DNA from: a virus
Lineage: Duplodnaviria > Caudoviricetes
Virus record (IMG/VR): IMGVR_UViG_3300044513_001984
Coordinates: 1 to 44,125 of that record
Length of the DNA stretch: 44,125 bases
Strand: one strand, 5' to 3'
The first letter of the stretch is position 1; every line of letters begins with the position of its first letter. The notes under the pieces were generated by a model that did no database searches, was not told the origin of the DNA, and was given only the letters and a program-made list of their open reading frames with translations. Shown one piece after another: positions 29,101-40,400 of the stretch. The translations under genes were made by a program, and so were the position numbers.

Positions 29101-29733
29101 GATGAAATAACATTTTCAGAAGTTAGCGGGGATTTATTGCCAAATATGTTTGAGCTTAGAACAAGTCCAGAAAATCCAGGTGTTTGCGAATTAGTACAAC
29201 TTCCTTATGAAGATATGGAATTACCCCAAGAAACATTTGACTGTTATGTTAGAGTTAGCGACGCTGGTGCTTCAAGAATTGCTTTTGCAAGAATTACTAT
29301 AAATAAACTTTTAAACTTATCAATTAACGCTATTACAGGCGGGCTTGGGGTTTGCAGCCCTGACGGCTCTTGGTATGCTGGGCAAGTTGCACAAGGAAAA
29401 TTAAGATACCGGGTTGATTTTGAAAATTTAAATCAAAATACAACGTATAATATAACAACAAAAAGTTTTCCTAATTCTCAAAGTGCTACCGGCACATTTA
29501 GTTTACCAGCGGGGTGTGCAATACCAAATTCGTTTACAACAGGAGCTTTAGAAACAGAAAAAACATATTATTTTGACGTTACTTGGACTAATGCTTGGGA
29601 TCCTGGGGCTCAAATTACACTTAACCTACGTATAGAAGATCCTGCGGAAGGAAACTCGGCGGAAATTAATCAAGTTATATTTAGACCTTTCCCAGCCCCG
29701 CAAACTAGCCCATGCCCAACTTGCACTCCCTAG
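26113..29733 (+). CDS. tail stabilization/muzzle protein, N-terminal part, with appended beta-sandwich domains
   Basis: MNKDLDDR..PGEYRDALNI, LLFWTDN..QPRKIN and YQVG.VL.DRFGR motifs. Confidence 0.78.
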   Translation: MAEIKNTFIKSKMNKDLDDRIVPPGEYRDALNIAISRSEGDDVGALETILGNIVEQNGATTNKCIGVYIDRVAKNIYYFVTNYIDSSASGLDNYAPPSAYCAIKVYNANTFTNTTLVSGSFLNFSARSPIIGINIIEDLLFWTDNRNQPRKINTNTALAFPAGSNAYYTKEDQISVAKYYPWKPISLMNINNVAVGATPTQSTMSNPSEQAYPNGSAKPDYDASWPGDPDYLSDKFIRLSYRFQFDDNEYSLIAPFTQPCFIPKQFGYFFDTAEEDTYKSTIVDFFENNVTQIIANIEFETLTPKKDFKIKKLEVLYKESDGLQIKVIDSIDIEDVEEAMANNTNPYVFDYKYISTKPYKNLAEDQTVRVFDKVPVKALAQEVSGNRVIYGNFYTVQSPPKSLDYNVTYADKNFLLGVSQKEYPNHTLKQNRNYQVGFVLADRFGRQTGVILSSNDISVDDGTYNYGGSTVYVPYKPNSGTSILNWPGYALRTIINSPIPDSDQYNAVGYPGLYKDPNYGVDRIVKNTAGTGYSVANGVATSGGTGSGLTVDILTVNATKVGNVSISNPGSGYTDGDVVTIDGGTTPCELTVTVLKPNPTGWYSYKIVVKQKEQEYYNVYLPGILNGYPYSYKDSTGASNTTFERGETANIVLFNDNINKIPKDLDQVGPDTIQYRSGTRLFGRVSPINNNNVNYNQQYYPSIIGDTVTAISTLSEANYNDTTASGADPASFDINYPEFYQSNTNPSIARIKTTNQIGKDNVASGYENALAVYETDPRESLLDIFWETTSAGLISDLNAAILEGGFEGAVATNGYTFRLNENTAPGSNAFNGIINVVDAFSNVIENNIVFQLVSVYDATNTERTNEFWLENGGTGTPADPKGFRIKTKSIAGGQDRDSYFYYGTNSAARTFNMLVRCVYTNTGTGEVYISTISLSDLSLGNTPPTFITAITCPATIISSLTPIYTATVNDTIDSNGVVVYTFYAQNGALCDGGRYTDEITFSEVSGDLLPNMFELRTSPENPGVCELVQLPYEDMELPQETFDCYVRVSDAGASRIAFARITINKLLNLSINAITGGLGVCSPDGSWYAGQVAQGKLRYRVDFENLNQNTTYNITTKSFPNSQSATGTFSLPAGCAIPNSFTTGALETEKTYYFDVTWTNAWDPGAQITLNLRIEDPAEGNSAEINQVIFRPFPAPQTSPCPTCTP

Positions 29734-29765
29734 TAATATTTAATAAAAATAAGTAATAATAAAAT

Positions 29766-31463
29766 ATGGCTACCACAATAGAAATATCTTACTTTAACTC
29801 ATATTGGATGAAGCAAGTAAATGATGCAAATTCAGTGCCGGTTTGGCCGTTTGGGTGGCCTTATAACACCGGCAGTGATGCTTTGCCGGCCTCCGGCGGC
29901 GGAACACTTGCGGCTTTTCCTAATACCGCTGTAAATACGGTTACAAATCCTGTCCAAGTTGCTGGTAGAGATTTAAACTGGTTTGTCGAAGAATCTAGAA
30001 TACGTGGTGGATACAATAATGTTGAAACAGATTTGGGCGTTAAAGCTTATATTGTTGAGGAAGAAACAACTCAGCAAAATAGATTTAATTCTTTAATCTA
30101 TTCTGGAGTGTATAATTCTAGAACAGGAATTAATGATACAAATCAATTTTCAGTAGCTCAAGATATTACTAAAAGCTTAGATCCCGCTAATGGTTCTATA
30201 CAAAAGCTTTTTGCTGAAAATACAAATTTAACTATATTCCAAGAAAATAAAGTTAGCTCTGCTTTAATTGATAAAGATGCGTTGTATACCGCAGAAGGCA
30301 CACCAGTGCAAGCAACATCAAATGTTGTAATAGGACAAGTTCAAGCATATTTAGGCGAATACGGCATAAGTAAAAATCCAGAGTCATTTGCTGTATATGG
30401 CTTTCAAAAATATTTTACAGACCAAGATCGCGGGGTTGTTTTGCGTTTGTCTAGAGATGGTATTACAGAAATTTCTCAATATGGAATGATAGATTATTTT
30501 AGAGATAATTTACCAAAAGTTAAAGAAAATAATACTTGGATTATTGAAGCGGGATCAAGCAGCGTGAGTAATCCATCTAATGATTTAGAAATTTTTGTGT
30601 ATAACGTAAATGTTGATACTTTATTACTGGGCATGCAGGTATTTCAAGACGGTAATTTTATTGGTTATATAATTGACAGAAGCAATGTAGGGATAGGCTA
30701 TCAAGTAATAACTTTAGATAGACCTGCTTCTGTTATAGCTGGTGATGTTGTAACTATAAGTTCTGTTGCGCCTGGAAAACTATTAGGTGGCTATGATATA
30801 CATAATAAAAATTATGTGTTATCTTTACAAGAAACACCACAATATCAAAGCGACAATAGCAATTATAGCACTCTTGCTTTTGATGAATTAATAAATGGAT
30901 GGGTTAGCTTTTATTCTTATAAGCCAGCTCAAATGTTTAGTGTAAAAAATGATTTTTATACTATAAAAAATGAAACCATTTGGAAACATTATTCTGAAAG
31001 CGCTAATGTTGCCACTTTTTATAACATAAGCGGCGGGGCAAATATTACTTTTGTTTTTAACCAAAACCCATCTAACAACAAAGTATTTAAAACTGTTAAT
31101 TACGAAGGCGACAATGGATGGCAAGTAGATTCGTTTATTTCAGAGCCGACCGGATATGATTTTACAACTAATGGCTGGGAAAAATTCAATGACTCTATCC
31201 AAAATATTCAAAGCTATGTTGATGGGGCTTATATTGAAAATGGAATAAAATACTATTCTGGATTTAACAGAAAAGAAAATAAATATTATGCTAACCTTAT
31301 TAATAATTCACCTGTACAACCAGGTGAAGTTGTATTTGGCAGCAGCATGTCAGGAATCAAAGGAAGATTTGCAACAGTAAAGTTTTCAATAGACAATTCT
31401 ACAGATGTAGGAAATCAAAAAGAACTTTGGTCAGTTGGCACTGAAGTTACTTATTTAAAATAA
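29766..31463 (+). CDS. tail stabilization/muzzle protein, C-terminal part
   Basis: GSIQKL...IFQENKVS, YGISKNPESF, YFTD..RG.VLRLSRDG, GWVSFYSYKP, KVFKTVNYEG. Confidence 0.78.
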   Translation: MATTIEISYFNSYWMKQVNDANSVPVWPFGWPYNTGSDALPASGGGTLAAFPNTAVNTVTNPVQVAGRDLNWFVEESRIRGGYNNVETDLGVKAYIVEEETTQQNRFNSLIYSGVYNSRTGINDTNQFSVAQDITKSLDPANGSIQKLFAENTNLTIFQENKVSSALIDKDALYTAEGTPVQATSNVVIGQVQAYLGEYGISKNPESFAVYGFQKYFTDQDRGVVLRLSRDGITEISQYGMIDYFRDNLPKVKENNTWIIEAGSSSVSNPSNDLEIFVYNVNVDTLLLGMQVFQDGNFIGYIIDRSNVGIGYQVITLDRPASVIAGDVVTISSVAPGKLLGGYDIHNKNYVLSLQETPQYQSDNSNYSTLAFDELINGWVSFYSYKPAQMFSVKNDFYTIKNETIWKHYSESANVATFYNISGGANITFVFNQNPSNNKVFKTVNYEGDNGWQVDSFISEPTGYDFTTNGWEKFNDSIQNIQSYVDGAYIENGIKYYSGFNRKENKYYANLINNSPVQPGEVVFGSSMSGIKGRFATVKFSIDNSTDVGNQKELWSVGTEVTYLK

Positions 31464-31468
31464 ATTAA

Positions 31469-31879
31469 ATGGAATTAAATATTAGACGATTAAAAGAATC
31501 AGATTGGAAAACACTAGTTCAATGGTGGGATGAGTGGCCTGAATGGGTAAACCCGCCAAAAGACTTTTTGCCAGACAATGGGATTGGTGGCCTTATGGTA
31601 GAAAAAAATAATTTGCCAATTGTTGCTGGTTTTATATATTTTACAAATTCTAAAGGCGCTTTGCTTGAATGGATTGTTTCTAATCCAAAATATAAAGAAC
31701 GCGACAGAAAAGAAGCAATAGAATTATTAATAATGGGGGCTGAAGAAGTTTGCAAGGCTCAAGGTTTTAAATACATGTTTACCATCGGAAGAAATAAACA
31801 TCTTATAGAAACACATAAAAAATTAAATTGGGTTGTAGATAAAGATCCATCATACGAAATAACTAAAAAAATTAATTAA
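31469..31879 (+). CDS. GNAT-family acetyltransferase-like protein
   Basis: LNIRRLKESD start and GNAT-like layout; position before internal virion genes, analogous to T7 gp13. Confidence 0.65.
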   Translation: MELNIRRLKESDWKTLVQWWDEWPEWVNPPKDFLPDNGIGGLMVEKNNLPIVAGFIYFTNSKGALLEWIVSNPKYKERDRKEAIELLIMGAEEVCKAQGFKYMFTIGRNKHLIETHKKLNWVVDKDPSYEITKKIN

Positions 31880-31880
31880 T

Positions 31881-32627
31881 ATGGCAGTAGTAGCAGCAGT
31901 AGCGGTAGGTGTTGGCGTTGCGGCAAATGTCGCCGGCGGTGCAATAGCATCTTCTCAGGCTAAAAAAGCAAGCAAAGCAGCCGGAAGAAGGGCTGATGCG
32001 GCAGCCCGCGAAGTTGAAGCTTTAAAAGCCAGTCGCCAAGAAATTATAGACCCATATGCCGGTGTTGAAAATTTAAGCGGGTTAGCGCAAGACTTAAGCG
32101 GCCAAATGAGCAATCCTTTTGCATCTTTAGGTGTTGCAACAAAATCCGCAGAAATTCAAATGGAGCAAACAGATATTGCTTTAGCAAATACCTTGGATAC
32201 ACTTAGGTCAACCGGGGCGAGTGCCGGGGGCGCAACTGCTCTTGCTCAAGCTGCCCTAGCTAGTAAAAAAGGCGTTGCAGCTAATATTGAACAGCAAGAA
32301 GCTCAAAATGAAAAGCTTAGAGCTCAGGGAGAACAACAGCTACAACAACAAAAAATATCTGAACAACAAAGACTTCAAAGTATTGCTATTTCAGAAGGGC
32401 AAAGACTTCAACAGGCTCAAGTTGCTGGGCAACAATTTATGTTCCAAGCGCAAGAAGATAGAACAAATGCTGATCTTAATAGAGCGGCTGGTATTCAACA
32501 ACAACAGCAACAGCTTCAGGCTCAGTCTGATGCTAATGCTGCCGCGGCTTGGGCGGGGGCTATGTCCGGCATTGGCAGCATAGCAGGATCAGTGGCTGGA
32601 GCAGCAATTGGCGCGCCGGGAAAGTAG
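31881..32627 (+). CDS. putative ejection/pilot (internal virion) protein; candidate -1 frameshift extension to 32719
   Basis: Hydrophobic Ala/Gly termini and a Gln-rich coiled coil; ends at G GGA AAG TAG. Confidence 0.75.
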   Translation: MAVVAAVAVGVGVAANVAGGAIASSQAKKASKAAGRRADAAAREVEALKASRQEIIDPYAGVENLSGLAQDLSGQMSNPFASLGVATKSAEIQMEQTDIALANTLDTLRSTGASAGGATALAQAALASKKGVAANIEQQEAQNEKLRAQGEQQLQQQKISEQQRLQSIAISEGQRLQQAQVAGQQFMFQAQEDRTNADLNRAAGIQQQQQQLQAQSDANAAAAWAGAMSGIGSIAGSVAGAAIGAPGK

Positions 32628-32649
32628 GAGGGCCGGAAATAGGCCCGCC
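32618..32649 (+). promoter_or_regulatory. candidate -1 programmed ribosomal frameshift signal
   Basis: Slippery heptamer GGGAAAG at 32618-32624 in the correct phase, 5-nt spacer, hairpin GGGCC-ggaaata-GGCCC at 32630-32646. Confidence 0.6.
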
Positions 32650-32737
32650 ACAAAACAATAATTTTGAATTTATAGATACCAATGCAACCACATTTACAGG
32701 CGGTTTTGGTGAAACTTAAAATAATAAAATATAAAAA

Positions 32738-34441
32738 ATGGGAGCATACGAAAATCCAGCAATGATACAAGGCCCCGATATTGGTAAAATTTGGGGACAG
32801 GCATTTGCTAGCCTTGGCCAATCTATAGGGCAAGGTGTTGCAAGTGGGCTGCAGCAATATTATTCTAAATTAGAAGAAGCAAAAAAAGAACAAAAAGCAG
32901 AAAATGCTAGGGTTCAGCAAATTGGTTATGAAATTGAAGAGCGTGCTTATGACCAAGCTAATGAAAATTATAATGCTTTAAAAAGACAAAACCCTGGGCT
33001 TGCTGAGCAATTTCAACCAATGGTTGCTAATCTTCTTAATGGTACAGGTGTTGCAGGTGAAGAAGGATATAAAATGGGCGCAATTGAAGCACAAACACTT
33101 TTAGCAACAAAAAGTAATTTAAGCAAAGAAGAAAAAGAATATTACAGAAATATTGTACAACGCGCAAAGCTTTTTCAAGATAGAGTTATTTCTGGAGGCG
33201 CAGATATAATTTCTGATCTTTCCGATATGGAAAAAATTAAACCACAGGATATTGGTAATACTCATTATTATGTTGGTAATAATGCAAAAGAAAAGTTAAC
33301 TTCCCAATATTCCGCGTATGTTTTAAATAATAAAGAAATTCCCGGCGCAACAACTTCTAAAAATTTAGGGATAGACAACGATGGAAATCCAATTGTTTCC
33401 GTAAGCACCGTGTTTGACGCAAGCTCTACTGCGGGTAAAGCACTGTTAAAAAAATTTCCTGAATTAGAATCAGAAATAAAAAACGGGCAAATATCTTTTA
33501 AATGGGAAAAAGATATAACTCAGCTTGGAGATGGATTTATTCGCGAAATTCCAGCAGGTATTGACGCAACACAAGTTTATCAAGATTCTGGGGCAATGGA
33601 CGACCAAGGCAAACTTACACAAAATATGCTTATTGGAAATCCCATTATGCGTCGGGAAGCTAGTGGCGCAAAAGGAATTGATAATTTAATTGAAACACAA
33701 TATTTAAATGTACCCGGCTTAATGCAAAGCAAAACATTTAATGCCGCTGCTAAAGCAAAAGCAACTGCAATTATATCTTATGATCCTGGAGATTTAAAAG
33801 CATATATGCAAAACACCCTTGAGCTTGGCCCAAAATATGACTATTCAAGTTTTATGAAAAAATCGGCTGAAGAAAAAATTAGTATTTTACAAGAACTTGA
33901 AAAACAAAAATTAATTAAAACAAAGTTTTCCGGTTATAAATCTAGACCAGCCACGGCAGAAGACGTTAAATATATAAATGCTAATGCTAAAGATCTTCAA
34001 TCAGGTGAATCACTGGCCCCTATTCAAGAAGGACAAATGATATATTATCAAGAAGAAGCTAAAGGTATTTCAGAATATCAACGAAGTGGTGGCGGTGGCT
34101 CTACGGGCGACAAAGCAACTACTATTTCTAAAGACCGATGGGAGGGAATGAAAGAGTCTGGCTATAGCAAAGGAAGTTATAAATATAAATGGAATAATGC
34201 ACTAGGTGGATTTGAGCAATATTTTCTTTCGTCAATAGACGGAATTCAAAACGAAGAAAAAGTTAGTGGTGTTTTAGCCAGATCTCCGCAAGAACTTGGT
34301 AATATATCAGGTGGTCAAAACTGGGGTAATCCTCGGGGATTTGAAATACAAGAGCCCGAATTAATAACACAGAATATAATTGGGCCAATAAATCAATCTT
34401 CAGGAACAGTAAACCTAGACGAAGAACTTAATACACAATAA
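32738..34441 (+). CDS. putative internal virion/ejection protein
   Basis: MGAYENP start then an amphipathic helix and coiled coil; lies between pilot-like and giant virion genes. Confidence 0.7.
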   Translation: MGAYENPAMIQGPDIGKIWGQAFASLGQSIGQGVASGLQQYYSKLEEAKKEQKAENARVQQIGYEIEERAYDQANENYNALKRQNPGLAEQFQPMVANLLNGTGVAGEEGYKMGAIEAQTLLATKSNLSKEEKEYYRNIVQRAKLFQDRVISGGADIISDLSDMEKIKPQDIGNTHYYVGNNAKEKLTSQYSAYVLNNKEIPGATTSKNLGIDNDGNPIVSVSTVFDASSTAGKALLKKFPELESEIKNGQISFKWEKDITQLGDGFIREIPAGIDATQVYQDSGAMDDQGKLTQNMLIGNPIMRREASGAKGIDNLIETQYLNVPGLMQSKTFNAAAKAKATAIISYDPGDLKAYMQNTLELGPKYDYSSFMKKSAEEKISILQELEKQKLIKTKFSGYKSRPATAEDVKYINANAKDLQSGESLAPIQEGQMIYYQEEAKGISEYQRSGGGGSTGDKATTISKDRWEGMKESGYSKGSYKYKWNNALGGFEQYFLSSIDGIQNEEKVSGVLARSPQELGNISGGQNWGNPRGFEIQEPELITQNIIGPINQSSGTVNLDEELNTQ

Positions 34442-34447
34442 AAAATT

Positions 34448-37400
34448 ATGCCTAAATATAAATTAGTTAGCGGTAATATTGTTGATGAACAACAATTAGT
34501 GGATTTTGCAGCATCTAAAAATTTAACATTAGAAGAATTACTTAGCAAAAATCCTGGCATTGAAATTGTTCAAGACGAATCTTTTCAAATCGACCCTATA
34601 GCGGAGGTTGCGGCTGTGGGGTCAACAACAAAACCTCAAGCAGCCGTTATGGATTCTGTATCGGAAAATATTTCTTCGGAATCACCAAAAGCCGATAAAG
34701 GTTTTTTTGAAAATACCTGGGATTCTTTAGTTGCTTCAACTTATGATTGGATAGGCAGCAAGGTGGATCAGTTTAGTATAGTTAGAGAAAACAAAGCTAT
34801 GCTAGCTGCTAACATTAGTGATCTTATTTTTGGAACTAATGCCGCCGACCAGCTTAATAATATGTCTTATGAAGAAAGAAACAAAGTTATTAATGCAGTT
34901 TCAGATATTTCAGACCGGGCCGGAATACTGAGTATAGGAGGCAGCGGTACAGAAAAAGTATATGAAAATTTTAAAGAAAAAGCCACAAATTTAAGAAAAA
35001 CTTTAAACACATACGACCAAAGTATTACAGAAGATTTTCTTAGCGGTAATTTTGCGAGAGGAACAGCTAGAGCGACAACTGAAGCAATTAGTTCTATTCC
35101 GTCTATAGCTGAATCTATGGCTCCTTTGGGCATTCTTTCTATTGCCTTAGGAGCAGCGTCTGAAGCATCGAAAGAAGCCCAAAAAGAAGGAGAAGATTTA
35201 GACTTAACTACACTAGCTTACTCAACAACTGTAGGGGCTTCTGAAGGGCTACTTGAATTAGTTACCAGAAGAATTGGTGGCAAAATGTTTAAAGATTTAT
35301 TAGACAAGCCAAAAGCTGTTATAAATAAAACAGTTAAAGAAACTTTTTTAGATATGGCTAAAGACTTTGGCGCAGAAGGATTAAGTGAATCAGGAACGTT
35401 ACTAGTTAATAAAGCTGCTGAAAGTATTATTTTAGGAAGAGAAGATGTTTTTAATGACTCTTTTACAGAATTTGTTGATACATTTATTGTTGGTGGTTTT
35501 GCCGGTGGAGGTATGACTGCCACTGGTAGTGGTTCCCAAATATTACGTCAAACTGTTCAAGGAAAGCAAATTAAAAAGCAATTAGCACAGACACCTTACG
35601 AAAATTTATCTGATGCATATAAATTGCCAGATGTGCCCCCTGGGCTTGTAGCTCTTACTGAAAATTCTGCTACAGAAAAATTTCTTGAAACAGACTTAAA
35701 GCAAAAGGTAAATTCAGGCGAAATGACAACTGATGAAGCCGATGCTATACGCATAAACTTTCGCAATACACAAGGTACCATAAACCGCTTAAAAGCAATT
35801 GGATTTGCTGAGTCAGACTATAGCAAGGCAATTGAATTAGCTAAAGAAAAAAAAGAATTACAAGATAAAATTAAAGAAGTCGGCGACCCTGTTTTAACTG
35901 AAAAAGAAAAAGCTAGAATTGAAGAAATTGATAATGAGCTTAGACAAATTCTTTCAGGCAAAAAGCTTGAAGCTAATTTAGCAGGGACAACAGCTACTGC
36001 TGAAAAATTAGGCTTTACAGAATCCCTTCAAATTTTATCTGATGAAGAATTTTTAGAAGAGCGCGCTAAAAGACTTTCAAAAGATAAAGATATTGATATT
36101 CAAGAAGCCAGAAAACAAATACAAGAAGAAGCAAAAGAAGCTGTAGAAAAAGGAGAAGGCACTGCCACAGGGTTTTTTACTAGTGATGGAGAAATATTAA
36201 TAAATAAAGACGCCGCGCTTGAAGTTGGAGATATTGGTGTTGGATCGCACGAACTTTTACACCCTATATTAAATGCTATAGTGGGTGACGCAACACAGCA
36301 AGGAAAACTTGTTGCTGATTTTGAAGCTTTATTAGCAAAAAATAATCCTAAAATGAAAGCCAAAATGGATGAGCTATTAAAAGCTTATGAAGTTGATGGT
36401 GTTTTAGACCCTAATATAAAAGCAACAGAATATTTAACTGTATTCTCAAGTGCTATTCAAAATGGCGATATAAAATACAGTGAAAGTGTTTTTGCTAAAA
36501 TTGGTGACTATATTTTAAATATTTTAAGAAGCCTTGGTTTTGAAAATGCAAATTTTAATTCTGCAAAAGGTGTTTATAATTTCTTAAAAGAATACAATAA
36601 TACAATATCAAGCGCAGAAGGACTTAGCGATAGAGCAATTAAACTTATTAAAGACGCTGAAACTGCAAGAGGCGTTAAGGTTTCTGAGGCTGGTGCTGTT
36701 AAAACTGATCAGGCTTCAAAAAAATTGGCTCCTGAAGTTTCTACGCAAGTTGCAGAGCAAATTACTGAAATTAAAAATCTTCAAAAAGAAGGAGAAGCTT
36801 TAGCAAAAAGATTTAATAAAGAATTTATTAAGTCTCCAAAACAAATAAGAATTGAACAACAGCTTTCAGAAAATATTGCTCCCGCTTTAGATGCTTTAGC
36901 AGAATCTACAACCAAAAGATTATATGATCCAATTGCACCAGATGCAAAAAGAAGTGTATCAAGACAAGATTATAAAGATGCATTAAAAGCTAATTGGACA
37001 TCAATGGTTATTAATGAGTTCGACCCAGCTAAACAAGATGTTGAAACATTTTTATCTACCCGTGGTAATTTACGCGCTAATAGCTTAGCTAAAGAACTTG
37101 GTATTGAAGGGATTACAGAAGGCGGTATTAAAGCAGATGTTACAGAGCAAAAAGCTTTAACAACGGAAGATGCAACAGAAGTTGGGATTGATGAAGGAAT
37201 AGAAATTACCCGTCGAGAAGCCAAGCTTATTAATCCAGTTAATCTTATACCAGATGAAAATCTTCGGGAAAAATACAGAAATACTGTAAAAGAAAAAGTT
37301 AAAAATTTAAATACAAAAGGCTTGTCATTTAAAACTTTAAAAGACCAAGCTCCAGAAGTGACAGCCGAATTATTTGGTATACCTGTTAAAAAAGTAACAG

Positions 37401-40400
37401 ATGCGGCTGCTAATTTATCTACAGGAGACTTAAGCGCAATTCAAAATTTTATTAATAAAAATGCAGATACTCTTTTAAAGCTTTTGCCAGAAGGGGGCAT
37501 CGATCAAAATCAAGCGGCTTCTGAAAGTCTTTTAGGTACTTCAACTGGTGTTCCTAAAAAATTACTTGATGCATTTTATGATCCAAAACCAAGAGGAACA
37601 AAAGGCGCTGGATTAGCAATACAAAATAAAAGAAAAGGAATAACACGAAAAGAGTTTTTAGAAACTTTTGGTATTGTTGATGGCAAAAAACTAGAAGGAT
37701 TATCGCCGCGAGGCCCTCAAGCGCAAGCAATGAAAGGAATGATTTCTTTGTTTGGCCGCATGATGACTAATACTGTGGTAAGACAAGAATTATCACAACA
37801 ATCAGGAACTGAAGCGGCAATTCAAGATATAGCGGCTGGTAAATCGGATCAACAATTTAGTAGAAGAAATAAAAAGATATTAGACGATTTTGGAATAGGC
37901 GGGCTATATTATAAATTAGACAGTGAAGAAAATTTGGATAGGTATGTAAAAGATTTTGAAACTAATCTTCTTCCTGTTTTTGGTCCAAACTTTTTTAAGC
38001 CATCTCAAGTTGTACCGCTTGGCTCTATACCTTATAATTTAGGTAATCTTAAAGAAAGAAAAAAAATACAAGAAAATTACGAGAAAAAAATACGTGAAGC
38101 AATACAAAACTACACCGGGGCAGCAGTTAATTGGAAAATAGAAGGGAATACAAACTCTCCATTTGAAAGGTTATCGTTTTATAAGCCTTCTAAAGCTTAT
38201 GGAATAACACCTAAACAAATTGCAAAAAATTTTAAAAACGGTAGAATTGCAAAATACAATGAAAAGTACAATTCTATTTTTACCGAAATGTGGGTAAAAA
38301 CAGCTGAAGCTGTAAGAGAAAATCCTGCTATTGCCCCGGCTTTAATGATATATTATCAAGCTGCAGCTAATAATGCCGCACATCCCCATAGATTAGGAGC
38401 AGAAATGATAGGTTATTCTTCTGATCCAAAAGGTATAAAAGATATTAGCGCAAAAGGAAATAAATTTGATAGAAATTATATTTATGAACATGCAGTCCAG
38501 TCCGTTGTTGCATATGAAACACTAATGAGAGCGGCCATGGATAAAAATGTAAATTTTGAATCCGTTTTATTTGACGTTAAACAAAATTATAAATTAATCG
38601 CATTAGACGCCGCTTTAAATAAAAAACTTGATGAAGCTGGCTTTGCAAGTAAAATGCCTGCAAACTGGAAAAGTTGGCTAGACCGTTATTTTAACGAAAA
38701 AGTTGCAGACATAGATGGGGGTATTAACCCGGAAACAATTTTAGATGCAGACGGAATAACTTTTGCTGAAAAATATAATGTTACTAATAAAGGTCCACTT
38801 TCCAAAGATCAGTTTAGCAAAAAGCAAAAAAAATTAAGCAAAGAATTTAATAATATTCTTGAAAATAAAACTGGCATCCCTTCAAATAAAGAAATTGATG
38901 CAGCTAAAGCTGAAGTTGTAGGTGCCAACAAAGGCCGATTTAATTGGTTTATTCCACCAACAGCAGAAGATTTTGTAGGGTTATTATATCAGTTTTTAGG
39001 CAAAGGAGCAGTTGGAGATAAGCAAATGGCTTGGTTTAAAGTTAATTTGCTTAACCCTTATGCTAAAGCAATGAGTGCAATTTCAAGAGACCGTACAAGT
39101 TTAGCTAGAAATTACAGAGCGCTTAAAAAAGAATTAAAAATTGTACCTAAAAATCTTAAAAAAGAAATACCTGGAGAAGGCTATACTGTTGAACAAGGAG
39201 TGCGTGTTTACATATGGACAAAGCAAGGCTACGATATTCCTGGAATTAACAAAAAAGACGCTAAGGCTTTGCGCGATTATGTTAATGCAAATCCTGAACT
39301 TAAAGAATTTGCAGACAAACTAATTGTATTAAATAAAAACGAATATGCAAAGCCAAAAGACGGCTGGACCGCAGGTACATTAACGACAGACATGTTAACT
39401 TCTTTAAACGAAGGCGGCCGTGAAAAACATTTAGCAGAATGGCAGGCGAATGTTGATGTAATTTTTAGTGAACAAAACTTAAATAAAATAGAGGCTGCCT
39501 ACGGCAAAACTTTTCGTAATGCTTTGGAAAATTCTTTAACAAGAATGAAAACAGGGCGCAATAGAACTTATGGTACAGACAATTTAACTGGTAGGTTTAC
39601 GGATTGGTTAACAAATTCGGTCGGGGCTATTATGTTCTTTAATACACGCTCGGCTATACTACAAACAATTTCTGCTTCTAACTTTATAAACTTTAGCGAC
39701 AATAATCCAATAAAAGCAGCCGGGGCTTTTGCTAATCAAAAACAATATTGGAGTGATTTTATAAAATTATGGAATTCAGACTTTTTAGTTGATCGTCGCG
39801 ATGGTTTGCGTTTAAATGTAAATGAGAGTGATATTGCGGACATGGCTAAAAAAGGCGGAGTTCGTGGTGTTATATCTGAACTATTAAAATTAGGTTTTAC
39901 ACCGACACAACTTGCAGATAGTTTTGCAATTGCCGCAGGTGGATCAACTTTTTATAGAAATAGGGTAAAAACTTATTTAAAACAAGGGTTAGATCAAAAT
40001 GCCGCAGAAAAAAAAGCTTTTCAAGATTTTAGAGAAACAGCCGAAGAGTCTCAGCAATCAAGTCGCCCAGATAAAATTAGTCAAGAACAAGCGGGGCCAT
40101 TAGGTCGTATTATATTAGCTTTTGCAAATACACCGGCGCAATATGCCAGATTAATGAAAAAAGCTTTTCTTGATCTTAAAAACGGGCGTGGAGACGCTAA
40201 AACAAATATATCAAAGCTTATATATTATGGTGCAGTGCAAAATTTAGTATTTACTGCAATGCAACAAGCATTATTTGGCATCATGTTTGGAGATGAAGAA
40301 GAAGATGAAGAAAACCAAAAGATATTAAATATAATGAGCGATGAAGAGTTTGAAAAATATAAAAAAACTGTGTCTCCTGAAAATATCCGTGCTGTAATAA

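Noticed and set aside
32625-32650. TAG read-through or simple terminator as the explanation of the gap after 32627
   Set aside because: The 0 frame hits another TAG after 4 codons, and the hairpin has no U-tract; only the -1 frame spans the gap.
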